From assembly GCF_006345805.1 (NCBI RefSeq), contig NC_043001.1:131750001-131814000 (forward strand): a DNA stretch of 64,000 nt, in the 5' to 3' direction. Of the stretch, positions 12,036-25,354 are shown in pieces. Each line of letters opens with the position of its first letter. The first letter of the stretch is position 1. The notes under the pieces are model-generated. The model saw nothing but the letters and a program-made list of their open reading frames with translations, was not told the origin of the DNA and did not search any database. The DNA is from Octopus sinensis. Taxonomy: Eukaryota. Position numbers and translations under genes: made by a program.

Positions 12036-12149
12036 TTATTATATATAAATGTAAGTTGTCTGGGTGTGTATGTTTGTCTTGTATTCATGAGCTACAAAGT
12101 GATTATCTTCAAAACCATCAATATTATTTACCATATTCCAAGTCAGATT

Positions 12150-12730
12150 CATACCACATGGTTCCGGGTTCAGTCCCACTGCATGGCATCTTATGTAAGT
12201 GTTTTCTGCTATAGCCCCGGGCCGACCAATGCCTTGTGAGTGGATTTGGTAGACAGAAACTGAAAGAAGCCTGTCGTATATATGTATATATATGTATGTG
12301 TGTGTATGTGTTTGTGTGTCTGTGTTTGTCTCCCTAGCATTGCTTGACAACCGATGCTGGTGTGTTTACGTCCCCGTCACTTAGCGGTTCGGCAAAAAGA
12401 GACCGATAGAATAAGTACTGGGCTTACAAAGAATAAGTCCTGGGGTCGATTTGCTCGACTAAAGGCGGTGCTCCAGCATGGCCGCAGTCAAATGACTGAA
12501 ACAAGTAAAAGAGTAAAAAGAGTAAAGAGTAAATATGAAATTCTAGCGTTTTAAAATTCAGTTTTTATCCTTTATCTTTTGCTTGTGTCAGTCATGTGTC
12601 CAGCACTGCACTGGAGAATTTTTTTAGTTGAATGAATCGAATCCAGCACTTATTTTTTAAGCCTGGTACTTATTCTATCGGTCTATTTTGCCACACTACT
12701 AAGTGTCTGGTGGTGGTGGTGGGGGACAAA

Positions 12731-12765
<35 letters not shown>

Positions 12766-13041
12766 GACAGGCTTCTTTCAGTTTCTGTCTCCCAAATCCA
12801 CTCACAAGGCTTTGGTCAGTCTGGGGCTATTGTAGAAAACGCTTGCTCTGGGTGATGCACGGTAGGACTGAACCCAGAACTATTTGTATCGAAATTTTGA
12901 TACAAGGAGCATAAGTGGCTGTGTGGTAAGTAGCTTGCTTACCAACCACATGGTTCTGGGTTCAGTCCCACTGTGTGGCACCAAAGCCTTGTGAGTGGAT
13001 TTGGTAGACGGAAACTGAAAGAAGCCTGTTGTATATATATA

Positions 13042-13086
<45 letters not shown>

Positions 13087-13300
13087 ATGTTTGTGTATCT
13101 GTGTTTGTCCCCTCAACATCGCTTGACAACCGATGCTGGTGTGTTTATGTCCCTGTAACTTAACGGTTCGGCAAAAAGAGACTGATAGAATAAGTACTAG
13201 GCTTACAATGAATAAGTCCTGGGGTCGATTTGCTCGACTAAAGGTGGTGCTCCAGCATTGCCAGTCAAATGACTGAAACAAGTAAAAGAGTAAAAGAGTG
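12150..13300. mobile_element. Cluster of three family A SINEs (+ 12150-12535; - 12570-12880; + 12905-13300)
   Basis: Each matches the family A head, central microsatellite and tail. Confidence 0.9.
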
Positions 13301-13329
13301 TGTGCGTGCGTGCGTGTGTGTGTGTGTGC

Positions 13330-13375
<46 letters not shown>

Positions 13376-13789
13376 ATGGGGAGAGACATAGATAAAAGAG
13401 GGGGAGAGATGAAATACATTTGCGATGAAGCAGCTATGATTCACAAATGTGTAGCCAAGGGCTTGGATTGGACAGTGCAAGACTAAGAGACAACATAAGT
13501 ATGCTAAGAGGAGGTATTTGCATTCTTGCTGGTAATTTCAGACAATTTCTGGCTGTAATATCATGGTCTAATCAAATTGATGCCTTTCTGATCTTATCTC
13601 TGGTTTTATGTTATGTAACTGAGCTTAACCATCAATTTATGAATGCACTTATGACCAGTGCTAATGATGAGTTTGCTATCCAGCTACTCAAAGATGAAAA
13701 CATGCTTCCTGAAAGGTACTCCAGTGACTAAACTCAATTGCTACTCATCCATAGCACTGAAACAGAACAGGAACTTTATTGCCAGGGTA

Positions 13790-14128
13790 GGCGCATGGCT
13801 CAGTGGTTAGAGCGTCGAGCTTACGATCGTGAGGTTGTGAGCTCGAATCCCGGACCGGGCTGCGTGTTGTGTTCTTGAGCAAAGCACTTTATTTCACGTT
13901 GCTCCAGCTCACTCAGCTGTAGAAATGAGTTGCGACGTCACTGGTGCCAAGCTGTATCGACCTTTGTCTTTCCCTTGGATAACGCTGGTGGCGTGGAGAG
14001 GGGAGGCTGGTATGCATGGGCGACTGCTGGTCTTCCATAAACAACCTTGCCCAGACTTGTGTCTAGGAGGGTAACTTTCTAGGTGCAATCCCATGGTCAT
14101 TCATGACCGAAGGGGGTCTTTACCCTTT
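13790..14128 (+). mobile_element. Family D tRNA/CORE-like SINE, tail variant 2
   Basis: ggcgcatggctcagtggttagagcgtc...gagctcgaatccc; near-identical copy at 47479-47817. Confidence 0.9.
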
Positions 14129-14232
14129 ACTTTCTAAGATTCACACCACTTTGCAGGGCCAAGCTGTAAATTACCTGACCAAATTTCTGAGCAGCCTTGA
14201 TCTAGCAGGAATTCCTCAATGCAATCTAATGC

Positions 14233-14499
14233 TTAACCATTTTGCACTGAGTATTACTCTGTCAAATGTAATATTTCTTTATTCACATATTGAATTCATT
14301 GTGAGATGTCTCGATTTTGCTCATGTGATTGATTTAGGCATAGGAGTGGCTGTGTGGTAAGTAGCTTGCTTATGAACCACATGGTTCTGGATTCAATCCC
14401 ACTGCATGGAACCTTGGGCAAGTGTCTTCTACTATAGCCTCGGGCCGACCAAAGCCTTGTGAGTGGATTTGGTAGACAGAAACTGAAAGAAGCCCGTCA

Positions 14500-14541
<42 letters not shown>

Positions 14542-14868
14542 CTTTGTGTGTCTGTGTTTGTCCCCCCAACATCGCTTGACAACTGATGCTGGTGTGTTTA
14601 TGTCCCCATAACTTAGTGGTTCGGCAAAAGAAACTGATAGAATAAGTACTAGGCTTGCAAAGAATAAGTCCTGGGGTCGATTTGCTTGACTAAAGGTGGT
14701 GCTCCAGCATGGCCACAGTCAAATGACTGAAACAAGTAAAAGAGTAAAAGAGAGTAAAAGAGTTTGTCATTGTAGAGTAGATGCGAGAGGCTGCATCTAG
14801 TTGGTTTGAATATAAAAGTGGTTGAATATTTGGGCAGGATATCTCCAGTCTAAATACTCAAGAGTTAA
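14233..14868. mobile_element. TTAA-flanked MITE (piggyBac-like) carrying a family A SINE at 14336-14763
   Basis: Ends ttaaccattttgca / tactcaagagttaa are degenerate inverted repeats bounded by TTAA; SINE inside. Confidence 0.5.
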
Positions 14869-15339
14869 AGCAGGGTGCACCAACCATGCTACTTTGTAAC
14901 ATAATTCCTCCAAATCTTTGCAATGGTACATGACTGACTATGAAAAATATAATTCCTCATACTCTGGACATCAAAATTAGGTTAAGAAAATTTGATGGAC
15001 GCAGTTATTTTACTTTCAAAATAATTCTGAAGCCTACTGACTGGGATTTCAAAGACATTGATTTCCTTTCAGACTTAGTTTTGCCATAACAGTCAGTAAA
15101 TATGAAGGGTAATCATTGAAAGTTGTTGACAGATCTGGCCTTTTTACATGGTTAGCTTTATGCTGGTACTCAAAGAGAGTGGAACCCCGATTGTCTCTTC
15201 ATTGCAACACCCAACAGCAAAACCAAAAAATATTTTATTCTGAGATTTGGGAACGAACAAGTAAATGAGTAATACCATTCCACTATATTTCCTACCTTAA
15301 TGACAATATACAAAAACTCTAATTTCTTATTCTTATAGT

Positions 15340-15523
15340 TTTGTGGAATAAGCTGCCGGGCGAGATAGTGAAGATGCCGACGGCCGCTTGGTTCAAAGTC
15401 TCTCTTGACCAGAAATGGCCTGAACTCTTTGCATGAACACCCCTGTACATAACTCCATGTCCCCCTACATGGCCTTGCTTTTTGCTTTTTGAGCCAAAAA
15501 ATTAACTTAACTTAACTTAACTA
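15340..15523 (+). mobile_element. 5'-truncated CR1-group LINE 3' end
   Basis: LWNKLPGEIVKMPTAAWFKVSLDQKWPELFA*, then a short UTR and (ACTTA)n tail. Confidence 0.75.
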
Positions 15524-16766
15524 ATGCATCTTGAAATCTCCATACTACTGCATAGTGACTTGTGATAAAATATCCAAGCATTACTGGATGTTTCAGTTCA
15601 TGTAAAACATAGGAAAGGCGATATTAGATTTATTTAATTTTTTCTATCTGGTTTGCAAGATTCTTTATGTGAATTTGTGTGTTGAAACAAATTTTGTTGT
15701 GTCTAGGGGGAGTCATTTTGCCAATATCATTAACACATGCACTAGTTCAATTCTACTCCTTTATCAGTTGTCAATTGATTAATAATAAACAACAACATAA
15801 AAGAGATATTAGATAACATAATCATATCCATGCGTGAGATGGTCACAACTGGGATTCTTTCCATCATAGGTCTGCTGAGTAAATGTTAACCTATGGCTAA
15901 GCAACAACAACTATGCTATACTTCTTCATTGTACAACTTTTGACTCAACAAAAGCCTCTTCGTGGTCGCTTGACTTGCTAGAAATGGCCACCAAATCTTT
16001 CTCATATTACACTTTACCATTTAGAAAAAGACATATTTGTTAATGTAGATCTATGTCATCTGGATAGTCATAGCTGGAACACCTTTGATCATAGGTCTTC
16101 TACATTATGGCTGACTTGTAGTCAAACAATAACAACACACTACATTATGAAGTACTTCTTCACTAAATTGCATTTTTACCATTTAAATAAAGAGAAAAGG
16201 GTACTGTTCATGACCCTTTATTTCTCAGCCCCTCTGACTTGGGTTAGAGGAAGTCATCCTCAGAGAACTCCAGCATTAGCAGGATTAAGGGGCAAAGTTA
16301 TCCTCTATGACCTTGCCTGAATTCTTGTAATAAAATTAACTCCCCTAAAAAGCACTAAGGACCAAGCAGCAGTATTATCTGGGGAGTAGGTATTGTCTAT
16401 CAGCCAAGAACTCAGGAAAGAAAGGGATGGAACAAATACCACAAGATATCTTTGCCAACTTTCTAACATTTCTATGAAGCCATCATCTGTTATTGGTACC
16501 TTATTTTATTGACCCCAAAAGTATGACAGATAATGCTGGCTACAGCAGGATTGAACTGAAAATGATGAGGGTAGGAATAAATAGTGCAAGATATTTTATC
16601 GTACATTTAGAAGTAGGCTATGTTGTTAGAAAGTTCACTTCCCAATGGATTGGTTTCTGGTTCAGTCCTACTGCACGATACCTTGAGCAAGAGTCTCTAC
16701 TATAAGCCTGAGCTGACCAAAGCCTTATGAACTGATTGGATAGAAGGGAACTGAATGAAGTCTCTT

Positions 16767-16830
<64 letters not shown>

Positions 16831-17321
16831 GTGAGTGTGTGTGTATGTATAAATATATATATATATATATATTTGTATGCATACATACATACATATATAT
16901 ATATATATACACCATCACACCACACCACACACCACTACACCTTACATCACCATACCACACAACACATCACATCACACCACACCACCAAGCACACATCAGC
17001 ACTGGCCACTTCCCAGACCCATATTTTTACACCTACACATACACACACACACACGTCAAGATCACCAGCCCTCTTCCACATGAACATACAAACTCTATTA
17101 TACACACGCACATGCACCTTCGTTTTGGGATCACCACCACTTTATTATCTCCCCTTCTCCCTAGCTCTCCTATGTGACCCTTCTGTCCGGCTTTCGCCAT
17201 AATAGATCACTAGCCACTACACATTCTTTATTTTCTCTCCTTATTTCTTTCTGTGTTCCTTTCTGTGGAGGAGTGGAGGTTTCCTGTCTGTTTGGTGCTA
17301 TCTCATGTCTCTCTGTGTGTG

Positions 17322-17765
17322 TATTGAAACTCCGACGTCTGGCAGCCGACTTGGCAGACACCCATAAAATTATCAACCATCTTACAAACAATAACTCTGA
17401 GCACCTTTTCAAACTCCAACCGCCTAACACCCGTGGACATATTAACAAAGTCAGAAAACAGCACAGCTCCCATGACTTTAAGAAACATTTTTTCACGCTG
17501 AGAGTTGCTGAAGCATGGAACAAACTGCCGGCATCAGTTGTTAGTTGTTGGAGCACTGCATCCTTCAAAACTTCCATGCTTCCTGAGATTCGCCAACACT
17601 ACACCTGATTTCCTCCCCTCCATACACACGCAAGCATGTATCTGACTCATACATTGTTCGCTTTCCAGACATTTGTACATTACTGCATACACTTTATATG
17701 CACTTTCTGACAAGTTGTGGTGCACCTGAGCACTGTATACAATAATTTCATTATTATTATTATTA
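17322..17765 (+). mobile_element. CR1-group LINE 3' fragment
   Basis: LKLRRLAADL...TRGH..K......FFTLRVAEAWNKLPASVV...FK, the CR1 ORF2 C-terminal signature; (ATT)n tail. Confidence 0.85.
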
Positions 17766-18124
17766 AAAAATGATTGCAGTGGTTGGGACAGTAGCTGTTA
17801 CGTAGTTGTTCCTTATTGTTGGGGAGTGCTATGTTGTGATTTATGGTGCAGGTTCTTAGAATGGTATCGAAAGGTGTGTCCTGATATCCCATGTTCGGAC
17901 GTGGTGTTTTAGGGGGTCGCCGTTGGTAATTATTGTATATACGTGTGTCACTGAGGCGTCAATTGTTTCAAGTTTTCTGATGATATTTTTCATGCAAAGG
18001 GGAAATATTACCTTATTTGGAAAGAAGTGAGAGTTGGTGGCAGGAAGGACATTAGGCCATAGAAAAATCTGCCTCGATATATTGCCTTACCCATGCAAGC
18101 ACAGAAAAGTGGACTTTAAAACAA

Positions 18125-18343
18125 TGGTGGTGGTGGTGGTGCTGCTGCTACTGATGATGATGATGATGATGACGACGATGATGATGGGATTGGTGATGAT
18201 AATGATGGTGATGATAATGATGGTGATGATAATGATAGTGATGATGATGATGACGACGACGACGATGATGATGATGATGATGATGAGGATGATGCTATTG
18301 ATGAATGGATTGGTGATGATAATGATGGTGCTTATAGTGGTGC

Positions 18344-18382
<39 letters not shown>

Positions 18383-18393
18383 CGACGACGATG

Positions 18394-18427
<34 letters not shown>

Positions 18428-18600
18428 CGATGATGATGGGATTGGTGATGATAATGATGGTGCTTATGATGATGATGATGATGGTGATAATGATGATGAT
18501 GATGATGATGTTGATGATGATGATGATGATGATGAGGATGATGCTATTGATGAAGGGATTGGTGATGATAATGATGGTGATGATGATGAAAAAATAATGA
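18125..18600. repeat. (GAT)n compound microsatellite with higher-order repeat
   Basis: ggattggtgatgataatgatggtg recurs four times at ~120-bp spacing. Confidence 0.9.
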
Positions 18601-19112
18601 CAGTAAAGTAATGATTCTGTCAATCCACTCTCATGCAAACGTCTTGTAAAGCATGTGACACTTTGAAACGGAAAGGCTTGAATGTAGGCTCCCACAGGCT
18701 AGTGCTACCCCCTTTGAAATATAAAAATACCAAGAATGAGATGATTGGGTGTAGCTGGTCGGATGCTGATGATTTTGCATGACTGTCTGGATAGTCAGCC
18801 TATTTTGTAGACAGTACATTTAAGTACTGGAGGTAAACACACACTCACACCCACAAACATACGCACACACAGATATAAGTGTGCACTTGTAGAAATATAC
18901 ACATACAGACAGAAAGTGTGAGGGAGAAGAGGAAGAGAGATAGGGAGAAGAGGGAGAGAGAGAGGGAGAGAGAAGGAGAGAGAGGGGAGAGGGAGAGAGG
19001 GAAGGAGATAGGGGAGAGAGAGGAGCTGTATGAGATATTAATTGAACACAACTGACATAAACACTTTTTCTCTCCTCGTACACATAAAGAGAAATATGTT
19101 CATACATATTAC

Positions 19113-19406
19113 ATATATATAAAAGTAAAGTTGTGTGCTGTCTGTCTCCTACAATTTAGATTCCTAACTACTCCCACATTTTGCGGTGCAGTTTAACCAA
19201 AACCGGGTATCTTATAGTCGTCATTCATATTGAGCCCTTCTGGGTATTAGCGCACATCTACGATGAGTCTACGATTTAAAAAAAAATTTACAATCATTTT
19301 TTTCCATTTTAATGCATTTTTTTCTATTTTTTGGCTATAACTCTCTAAAAATGCTTGTATAGTTATTTCCCTTACAAACCCGAGCAACGCCGGGCGATAC
19401 TGCTAG
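19113..19406 (+). mobile_element. Non-autonomous Helitron
   Basis: 3' hairpin cccgagcaacgccggg, then CTAG|t; second copy from 63719. Confidence 0.85.
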
Positions 19407-19668
19407 TTACATATAAACGGAGAGAGAGTGAGGGGAGGAAGGGAGGAGGAACAGAGGACGAAGAGAACAAGAGACACATCAAACTGTTTGATGTCAAAAA
19501 AGTCATTGGAGAATCAGCAACACCAAAATGTCTGATATTCAAAAATCCTGGCTCTACAGTTGTTTGTTGATTTTTGCTTACATCTAAGTCAATCCTGATC
19601 AAACAAACATCTGACCAAAGGTGTGACCATACCAGCATAGTGTATCATGGTCAAGAGTATCCTATGTA

Positions 19669-20190
19669 CCATAAATCCTTGAGTATAATCTGCATTTTTT
19701 TCCAAAAATTTAAAGGTCAAAATCCCTAGTGCATACTATATACGAGGTTAAACTTGAAAAATATTTTCTAAGCAATGTCTGAGTCTCTATTTGATGTCCA
19801 GCAATGTTTATTCAGACGCATACCGTGATGTCAGGTGCGAAAATATCTTAAGCTAAGCCTTAAAGCAATGAAGTCATAAAAGAATCATCCATAACTTGCA
19901 GTAAGCAACATTTGTTAAAATAAAAGTATTCAGAACACAAAATAACAAGTAACAAAAACAATTTGCAAACATATTTACATTCCCATATAACAGTTAAGAA
20001 CATCACCATTATTGTATTATGCATGCACAGAAGTGTTTGTTCAACTAGGTGCTGCTGGCTTAATTACGCATGACTCAAGTTAGAGAAGAGGTGCGTATTA
20101 TACACAAGGTTTAGGTTTTTCAGAAGTACAGCCCCCTAAAAATCTTCTGCATATTATACTTGAGTGCAGACTACATTCGAGGATTTACAA
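19669..20190. mobile_element. Tc2/pogo-like MITE
   Basis: TA-flanked TIRs ccataaatccttgagtataatctgca / tgcagactacattcgaggatttacaa, with subterminal repeats. Confidence 0.75.
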
Positions 20191-20613
20191 TATTCCTCAT
20201 TTCTTTTTTAAGACAGTAGAGTGTGATGAGGGTGGATTGGCTGCTATTTTTAAGCAGGTTGCCATGAGTCTTTAAAATATGATCAAATCTATAAATAGAA
20301 CTAATGATTTCAATTTCAATATAAACAAGGTATAATGGTGGTGAGCTGGCAGAGTCGTTAGCACACTAGATGAAGTACTTAGTGGTATTTTGTCTGTCTT
20401 CACATTCTGAGTTCAAATCACACTGAGTTCAATTGTACCTTTCCTCCTATCTGGGTTAATAAGATAAGTACTTATCTCTACCCCAAAAATGCTGGGATTG
20501 TGCCAAAATTTGAAATTAATATACAAGGTAAAAATTGTGAAATCACAGCAGTTATAATTAAATGAATTTACCTCAGTATATTACTGGTACCTATTTTATT
20601 GGCTTCCTATCAG

Positions 20614-21925
20614 CAGTACTGGATTAACGATTAAGCAAAATAAGCGGATCTTTTCAATTCTGAAGCCAGTTTTTTCAAATTTTTCCTACTGAACCAAACA
20701 ATTTGAAACTTCGTATACTGGTAGAATGTGTCAAAAGTAAACTTAATTGTAAACCAGAATGAAAACGGAATTGTAACTTCTAAGTTTAACGTTGTTTAAT
20801 AATTAGAATTTTAACCAATGATATTCCGTCATTCGGCTTTATTTTATTTACTCCGTCTCGACCACCAATTTGGTGACGTATTAAACATCTTAAATGTAAA
20901 CAAGCCGCATGTCTCCGTGAAATCTCCTTCTAATTATTTAACGTACTCATGTTTCCAGGATCCTATAGTCAGCCACCTTCTAATAACAATATTTAAAACT
21001 AGTTAATAAGCCACATGTATTAAATTGAAAATGTTTCCATTCTGTTAGTACTTGCTTTCGTTTGCTATTAAGAAGTGGCATCTCAGTGACGAGGCTTCTA
21101 ACAAGATTTTGTTTCTAAGCTAATGCGTTTCATTTCACTTATTGTATTTATTTGTGCAAAAGGCAAGAAATTTATATTAAAAAAGCAAAGAGCTGGCAGA
21201 AACGTTAGCACGCCGGGCGAAATGCGTAGCCGTATTTCGTCTGCCATTACGTTCTGTGTTTGTTTACAGTTTTCCGAACGTTAGTACGTCACAAAAGCGC
21301 TTTCTACATCACACTAATAGAATGCAGTCAAGTTTTACACATGAAAACAAACAATCTGATTGGTTAAAATTCGCAGTTTTAATCTACGATTAAAGTCATA
21401 AAATAGATTTTTCTCAAATAAACTAGTTCCAACCTGTGTCTTGTTTTGCTAGACTCTATCAGCATACGAAGTTTCAGAATATTTAGTTAAGTAGAAAGAT
21501 CTGTGGTCCTGGCTTCAGAATTGAAAAGATCCAAATAAGCATATGCTTAGGGCATCAAGGGACTGGGAGAACCACAGAAATGAAAATGGTTTACGGCACA
21601 AAAGAAATCACTTTAAACTTGCTAAAATAATATTCTACTAAATATAGAAGCAGAAGTTTTATGTAAAATTAATTTTAACGATAACATCGAAGACTTTGTA
21701 ATTAAAAAACAAAACAAAGGAGAAAACTTTTCAAACATAAAATGGAAACATACAAGAGTAAGCATTATTTTCCATCTTAATGTTAATTTTGTTTCGTTTT
21801 GAAAAATTAAAAATTTTTTATGGTTTACTATTGTTTACATTTTGAACCAAGTATAGATAAGTATACTTGAGGGCACCAAAGCCTTTTAAGTGCTTAGGGC
21901 CTCTATGGGCCTTCATCTGGCTCTG
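20614..21925. mobile_element. hAT-type MITE with 8-bp TSD
   Basis: TSD cctatcag at 20606-20613 and 21926-21933; ends CAGtactggatta / tcatctggctCTG. Confidence 0.8.
20646..21532. mobile_element. Nested non-autonomous DNA transposon, 24-bp perfect TIR, 8-bp TSD (Merlin-like)
   Basis: ggatcttttcaattctgaagccag / ctggcttcagaattgaaaagatcc; TSD aaataagc at 20638-20645 and 21533-21540; GG termini. Confidence 0.85.
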
Positions 21926-22336
21926 CCTATCAGTGTTGATAGGACTGAAGCTTAGAATGTACAAAAATAAAAACACTGGTGTTGTTATTTAACCACAGGT
22001 CAGATTTGATCATACATAATTTGATCAATGACATTCTAGCCATAACCATCATGTCTTTTTAAAGGTTTCTAGAAGTACATTACTAAATGTGTCCTTACAT
22101 TTTTCAAGAGGGCAGACTATAATATCTGAGGGAGATTTGGCTACTACTTCTAGCAGGTTGAGTAATCAAAGTGAAATATCAATAGCTTGTTATAAAATCC
22201 GGTTCATCTGAGTTGATAATAATGGTGGTAATGGTGGTGGTGGTGGTGGATTTATTTATATCCAATCACCACCCTTTGAAATAAGAAAAGAAAGGAACCA
22301 CTCTAGATACTATACTATACTAGGTTGTTACCTATA

Positions 22337-22725
22337 ACTCTTTTACTTGTTTCAGTCATTTGACTGCGGCCATGCTGGAGCACCGCCTTTAGTCAAGCAA
22401 CTCGACCCCGGGACTTGTTCTTTTTGTAAGCCCAGTACTTATTCTATCGGTCTCTTTTTGCCCAACCGCTAAGTGACAGGGACGTAAACATACCAGCATC
22501 GGTTGTCAAGCAATGCTAGGGGGACAAACACACACACATACATATATATATATACATATATACGACAGGCTTCTTTCAGTTTCCGTCTACCAAATCCACT
22601 CACAAGGCATTGGTCGGCCCGGGGCTATAGCAGAAGACACTTGCCCAAGATGCCACGCAGTGGGACTGAACCCGGAACCATGTGGTTGGTTAGCAAGCTA
22701 CTTACCACACAGCCACTCCTGCGCC
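22337..22725 (-). mobile_element. Family A SINE, full length
   Basis: Head ggcgcaggagtggctgtgtggtaag...gggttcagtccc; CORE-like catcttgggcaagtgtctt; central (TA/TG)n; gtaaaagag tail. Confidence 0.95.
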
Positions 22726-23886
22726 TTCCATTAAAAATATTTGTTAATCATGCAGGTACCTTCATAAATATTTGTAAGTGCAAGTCTTTAAGTCTGTATT
22801 CTGTTGTCTATGTGTTGAAAGATATACAGAAGCACGCACACACACACACACAAACAACAACAAAAACTATTTTTCAAGTTTGTATTGTGTTGTGTAGACA
22901 GACTTTCACATAAAAATTCCCTTATTTCTAATCAAAATTTGTTAGTTAATAAGGTGACAACACTACCTATTTATCTATTATTCACACACACCCTTCCTCC
23001 CCCTTTCACTTTATTTCTCTCTCAACAACAACTGTTTCTCCTCCCTTTCTTCCCTCTCTCTACACAGATGTTGTTATAGACAGACAAACGGCGATCAGTT
23101 TCTCTTTTATAATATGAGGTTATGCTGCACTAGTACACCCACCATTTGACTGCAGTAGGAAGCAGTTGCAACCCCACTTTACTCATTGTAGCTTCCATAA
23201 TCAACTGTGATCCTGTGATTGGATGATTGGTTCTAGCCATCAGCCAGACTTAAATTTCTTGATAGAATTTCAATTTAGAATGCAAATTGCTGCACTGGAT
23301 ACTTTGATGCCTCTCCTCCTATAATCTAACAGTTTTTCCAACCCTACCACTTCTGAATGTTACTTAATTGATATCAAAATGATGAAAGGGGGAGTTGATC
23401 TTGGCAGGATTTGAATTCAGAATACAAAATGCTGGAACAGGTTGTTGCAATACATTTTATCCAAAGCTCCAACAACTCCGCCAAGCGACTTCCTTAACAC
23501 ATTTGGTGGTCTTTAAAAAGAAAAACAAAACAAATAATAAAGAATGGTACTCCAGTATGGTCAGGTTGATAAAGACTTGGTCACAGATTCACAGTGCTGA
23601 TAACAGTACCAGTACCATTAATAAGACAGGAACTGCTGACTTGACAGCGTTAATACAAAAAAAATGATTGGCGCTCCAGTATGGTCTGGATGATAAGGAT
23701 TCAAATCATTTAAAGAACTAATTAAAATAAAAGTGATCTTGTGTATTTAAAATAAAATATCAAAAACAAAAAAAACATAAAATTAATGTTAGTCAATTGG
23801 TATGTCTGTCATGATTTTGCGAAGAATCATGCATATTCCGCAGCAGTTTATGGTGAATTTGATTTGTGCGCACGCATGTGTGTACC

Positions 23887-23930
<44 letters not shown>

Positions 23931-24894
23931 TGTGTGTGTATCTGTGCATGTGTGTGTGTTTATCTGTGCATGATGTGTCCATGTGTGTGTGTGTTCATGT
24001 GTGTGTGTGTGTGTGTTCATGTGTGTGTGTGTATGTGTGTTTGAGTGTTCATGTATGTGTGTGTCTATGTGAGAATCTAGAGTCATGAATTATTTAAAAT
24101 ACTAGAATAGGAAGACAAATTCTAAAGAACTTCTCTGAGAATCATTCTTTAACTTGATTTGATTTTCATTGTTTCTACGGGAGTTTAAAAATGGAACTGA
24201 AATGTTTCTTATTCTTCTTCTTAATCTTATTTTCAATATTTTCTTTTACTCTGTCATTCCTCTTCCCACCTTTTTTTTTTTCTTCTTCTTCTTTTTATCC
24301 AAAGTAAAGGTAATTTCAGAACAACTCTATTTAGAAATAGCCACTATTGTCTGACGATAAAATTATCTTCTTCAAGTTGTTTTATCTCAATGGACATATA
24401 AAGATATTCATTTTACAGCTCTTTTTTGTGTTTTATTTATTCTTAATTTTCTTCTTTATTGCAGTTCTTCTTGTTTCATTTGAATGTTTTTTTTATTTAA
24501 TAATGTTGATAAATTTCATATTGAGTGAGAATTTATTGGAATGGAAAACAACTGTATGAAGTTTGATTCAATAGATTTGCAGGACTACCCCCAACACTAG
24601 TTGGTCATACACACATTCTGTTGCCTATCATCATATTGTTCAATACTGTACAAAGTCAGTTACTGAGCTAATTAGCTGTGAAGTGGCCTACTCATCTAAG
24701 GAAGTGTTCCTCAAAGGGAGTTCCATGATCAAAATTCTAAGGTCCTACAAAATAAGGAGACTTTTAGTGAAATACCATTTTTTTTTTCTTGTGACAGAAT
24801 ATGCTAGCTACCACTTTCAAAATATTATGCTATTGTTTATTTTTCATTTATACATTTTCTTTAGAGACAGACTGTAGATATACTGTATAAATAA

Positions 24895-24929
<35 letters not shown>

Positions 24930-25354
24930 CAGCACTTCTAGTCTTGTTATTTTCCTTGTCCTGTCTTTTACTGCTTATATTTTGTACTGTCGTTACTGTC
25001 CTGGTTTTGTTACCATTTTACCCCTCTGCAAAAAGATCTCAAATTTTATTTGATTTGCTTTTCGCAGGAAGGAAAGTTTCTTATCAAAGATACGTCTCGC
25101 CTTCACCTTCGAAACGTAGAGTAGATGAAACCATGGCGACTGAAGATGGGGCTTTTTCCTTGTGTTATTTGTCCTGTACTCTGTTTTTGTTGTTTAAGAA
25201 AAATGTCCAGTTCCTTGTGTTTGTGTCTACGTTTTCGTTTCTCATTGTGTTCGACATTTTTTTGGTGTCCTGTACTCATATATGCGTGTATATATACATG
25301 TAGAGGTAGGTACGTACATATATGTACATATATATGCATATGTTTTATTTATTA

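Larger units (their letters stand above)
13425..15260 (+). pseudogene. Decayed Helitron Rep/helicase (PIF1-like) C-terminal part, interrupted by later insertions
   Basis: Motif remnants in order: GGICILAGNFRQFLAVI (cf. GDFRQ.LPV), AVNYLTKFLSSLDLAGIPQCNL (cf. YP.EFLNSL...GLPPH.L), FPFRLSFAITVSKYEG*SL (cf. QFP.RLAFA.TINKSQGQSL). Confidence 0.75.

Noticed and set aside
13790-13862. Possible tRNA genes (also 4000, 32112, 47479)
   Set aside because: Imperfect cloverleaves that continue into SINE bodies with tails or TSDs.
23545-23700. Short direct repeat ctccagtatggtc..g.tgataa
   Set aside because: Looks like two decayed SINE-tail fragments; no further structure.
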